Origin: Macrostomum lignano
Taxonomy: Eukaryota
Assembly: GCA_002269645.1 (NCBI GenBank)
Contig: NIVC01001557.1
Coordinates: 62,001 to 126,000, forward strand
Direction of reading: 5' to 3'
Length of the DNA stretch: 64,000 bases
Below the pieces are notes generated by a model. That model did no database searches, was not told the origin of the DNA, and was given only the letters and a program-made list of their open reading frames with translations. Positions 63,286 through 64,000 of this stretch are shown piece by piece. Each line of letters opens with the position of its first letter. Within the stretch, counting starts at the first letter, position 1. Made by a program: the position numbers and the translations under genes.

Positions 63286-64000
63286 TTTATGGAGCTTGTA
63301 ATGTTTTTTATCTGTGAATCCGTCACGAATGATCTCTAAAGCTATCGTGCAGTCTCAAAGCCGCAGCTAAAGGTGAGGCAAGACTTGGCGAACGGTGAAG
63401 AAGGCGGACTGTCAGGCCATGCAGCAAACACAGGAGCAAGAATGCATAAACAAGTGCGGGGCTTGCCTGAACTGCAGTCAGCCGAAAAAAAGAACAAGAC
63501 AGAAAAGTCCACGTGGACTGTTCAGCGCTGTGTGTACATGTGCACATTTTGACAAATATTCGCTGCAATACATAAAATGAGTTTGTGTCTCGGATGTGAT
63601 CGAATGAGATCTGAGAACCTTCTTGATAGAGTGTGGCGAATAAAGTGATTTAGAATTTGATAAAATCATCCATTTTAAAGCATAGAATTTGAGATAGCTT
63701 TGGAAATATAGGCTTCCCTCTCTACGCTTCGTTGATTCGTATCTTAGCCTATATCTTATCGATCATGTCAGGACAGACATGGGGGTCCAACCCCCATGGC
63801 ACAGAAAGTCAATGTACATTCTGTGTGAGCGTGTGTATGAGTGTTTGCCAGTGTACAGTATTGGTTTCACTAATTACATGAAACAGACTCTAAAACACTC
63901 GATTGCAAGATTTCAGACCAATAGTTTCGGGCAACTGCATGCGATTCATTGACAGGCCGCCCGGATGGGGAAGAGAAGCCGCTGACAGCCCCGCTCACCT

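Noticed and set aside
63395-63580. CXXC zinc-finger-like ORF (CGACLNC)
   Set aside because: Only part of the Cys pattern is present, with no clear splice context.
63778-63798. CATGGGGG-tccaa-CCCCCATG hairpin
   Set aside because: An 8-bp stem is expected by chance in 64 kb.

Overview
Eukaryotic (animal) genomic DNA with spliceosomal introns, GC3-rich exons and minisatellite-filled introns. This organisation resembles the flatworm Macrostomum (inference only). Genes supported by hand-built exon models are C2CD5 (minus strand, continues toward the left edge, GC-AG first intron), a tektin-3/5-like gene (plus strand), an intronless secreted/GPI-type alpha-carbonic anhydrase, a signal peptide-WSC-F-type lectin gene carrying one in-frame TAA, and a complete mitochondrial ClpX (6 coding exons, 651 codons). 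Mobile DNA includes a Penelope-like GIY-YIG remnant with a hammerhead-like motif, a decayed RTE-type LINE, two tRNA-derived SINE families (one CORE-like), and several hAT- and Harbinger-type non-autonomous elements, four hAT-type and one Harbinger-type with exact or near-exact target-site duplications. About 14 kb (hand estimate) is tandem repeat. The most notable observation is that the missing C-terminal coding segment of the tektin lies about 11 kb away, upstream and on the opposite strand, with a shared 10-bp GGCCCTGGAA at both junctions, which looks like an inversion or a misassembly. Also notable are a minisatellite built from an amplified SINE A-box, minisatellites expanded inside MITEs, and a stop-free 3n intron with a ladder of in-phase donors. 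No CRISPR, rRNA or bona fide tRNA gene was seen.
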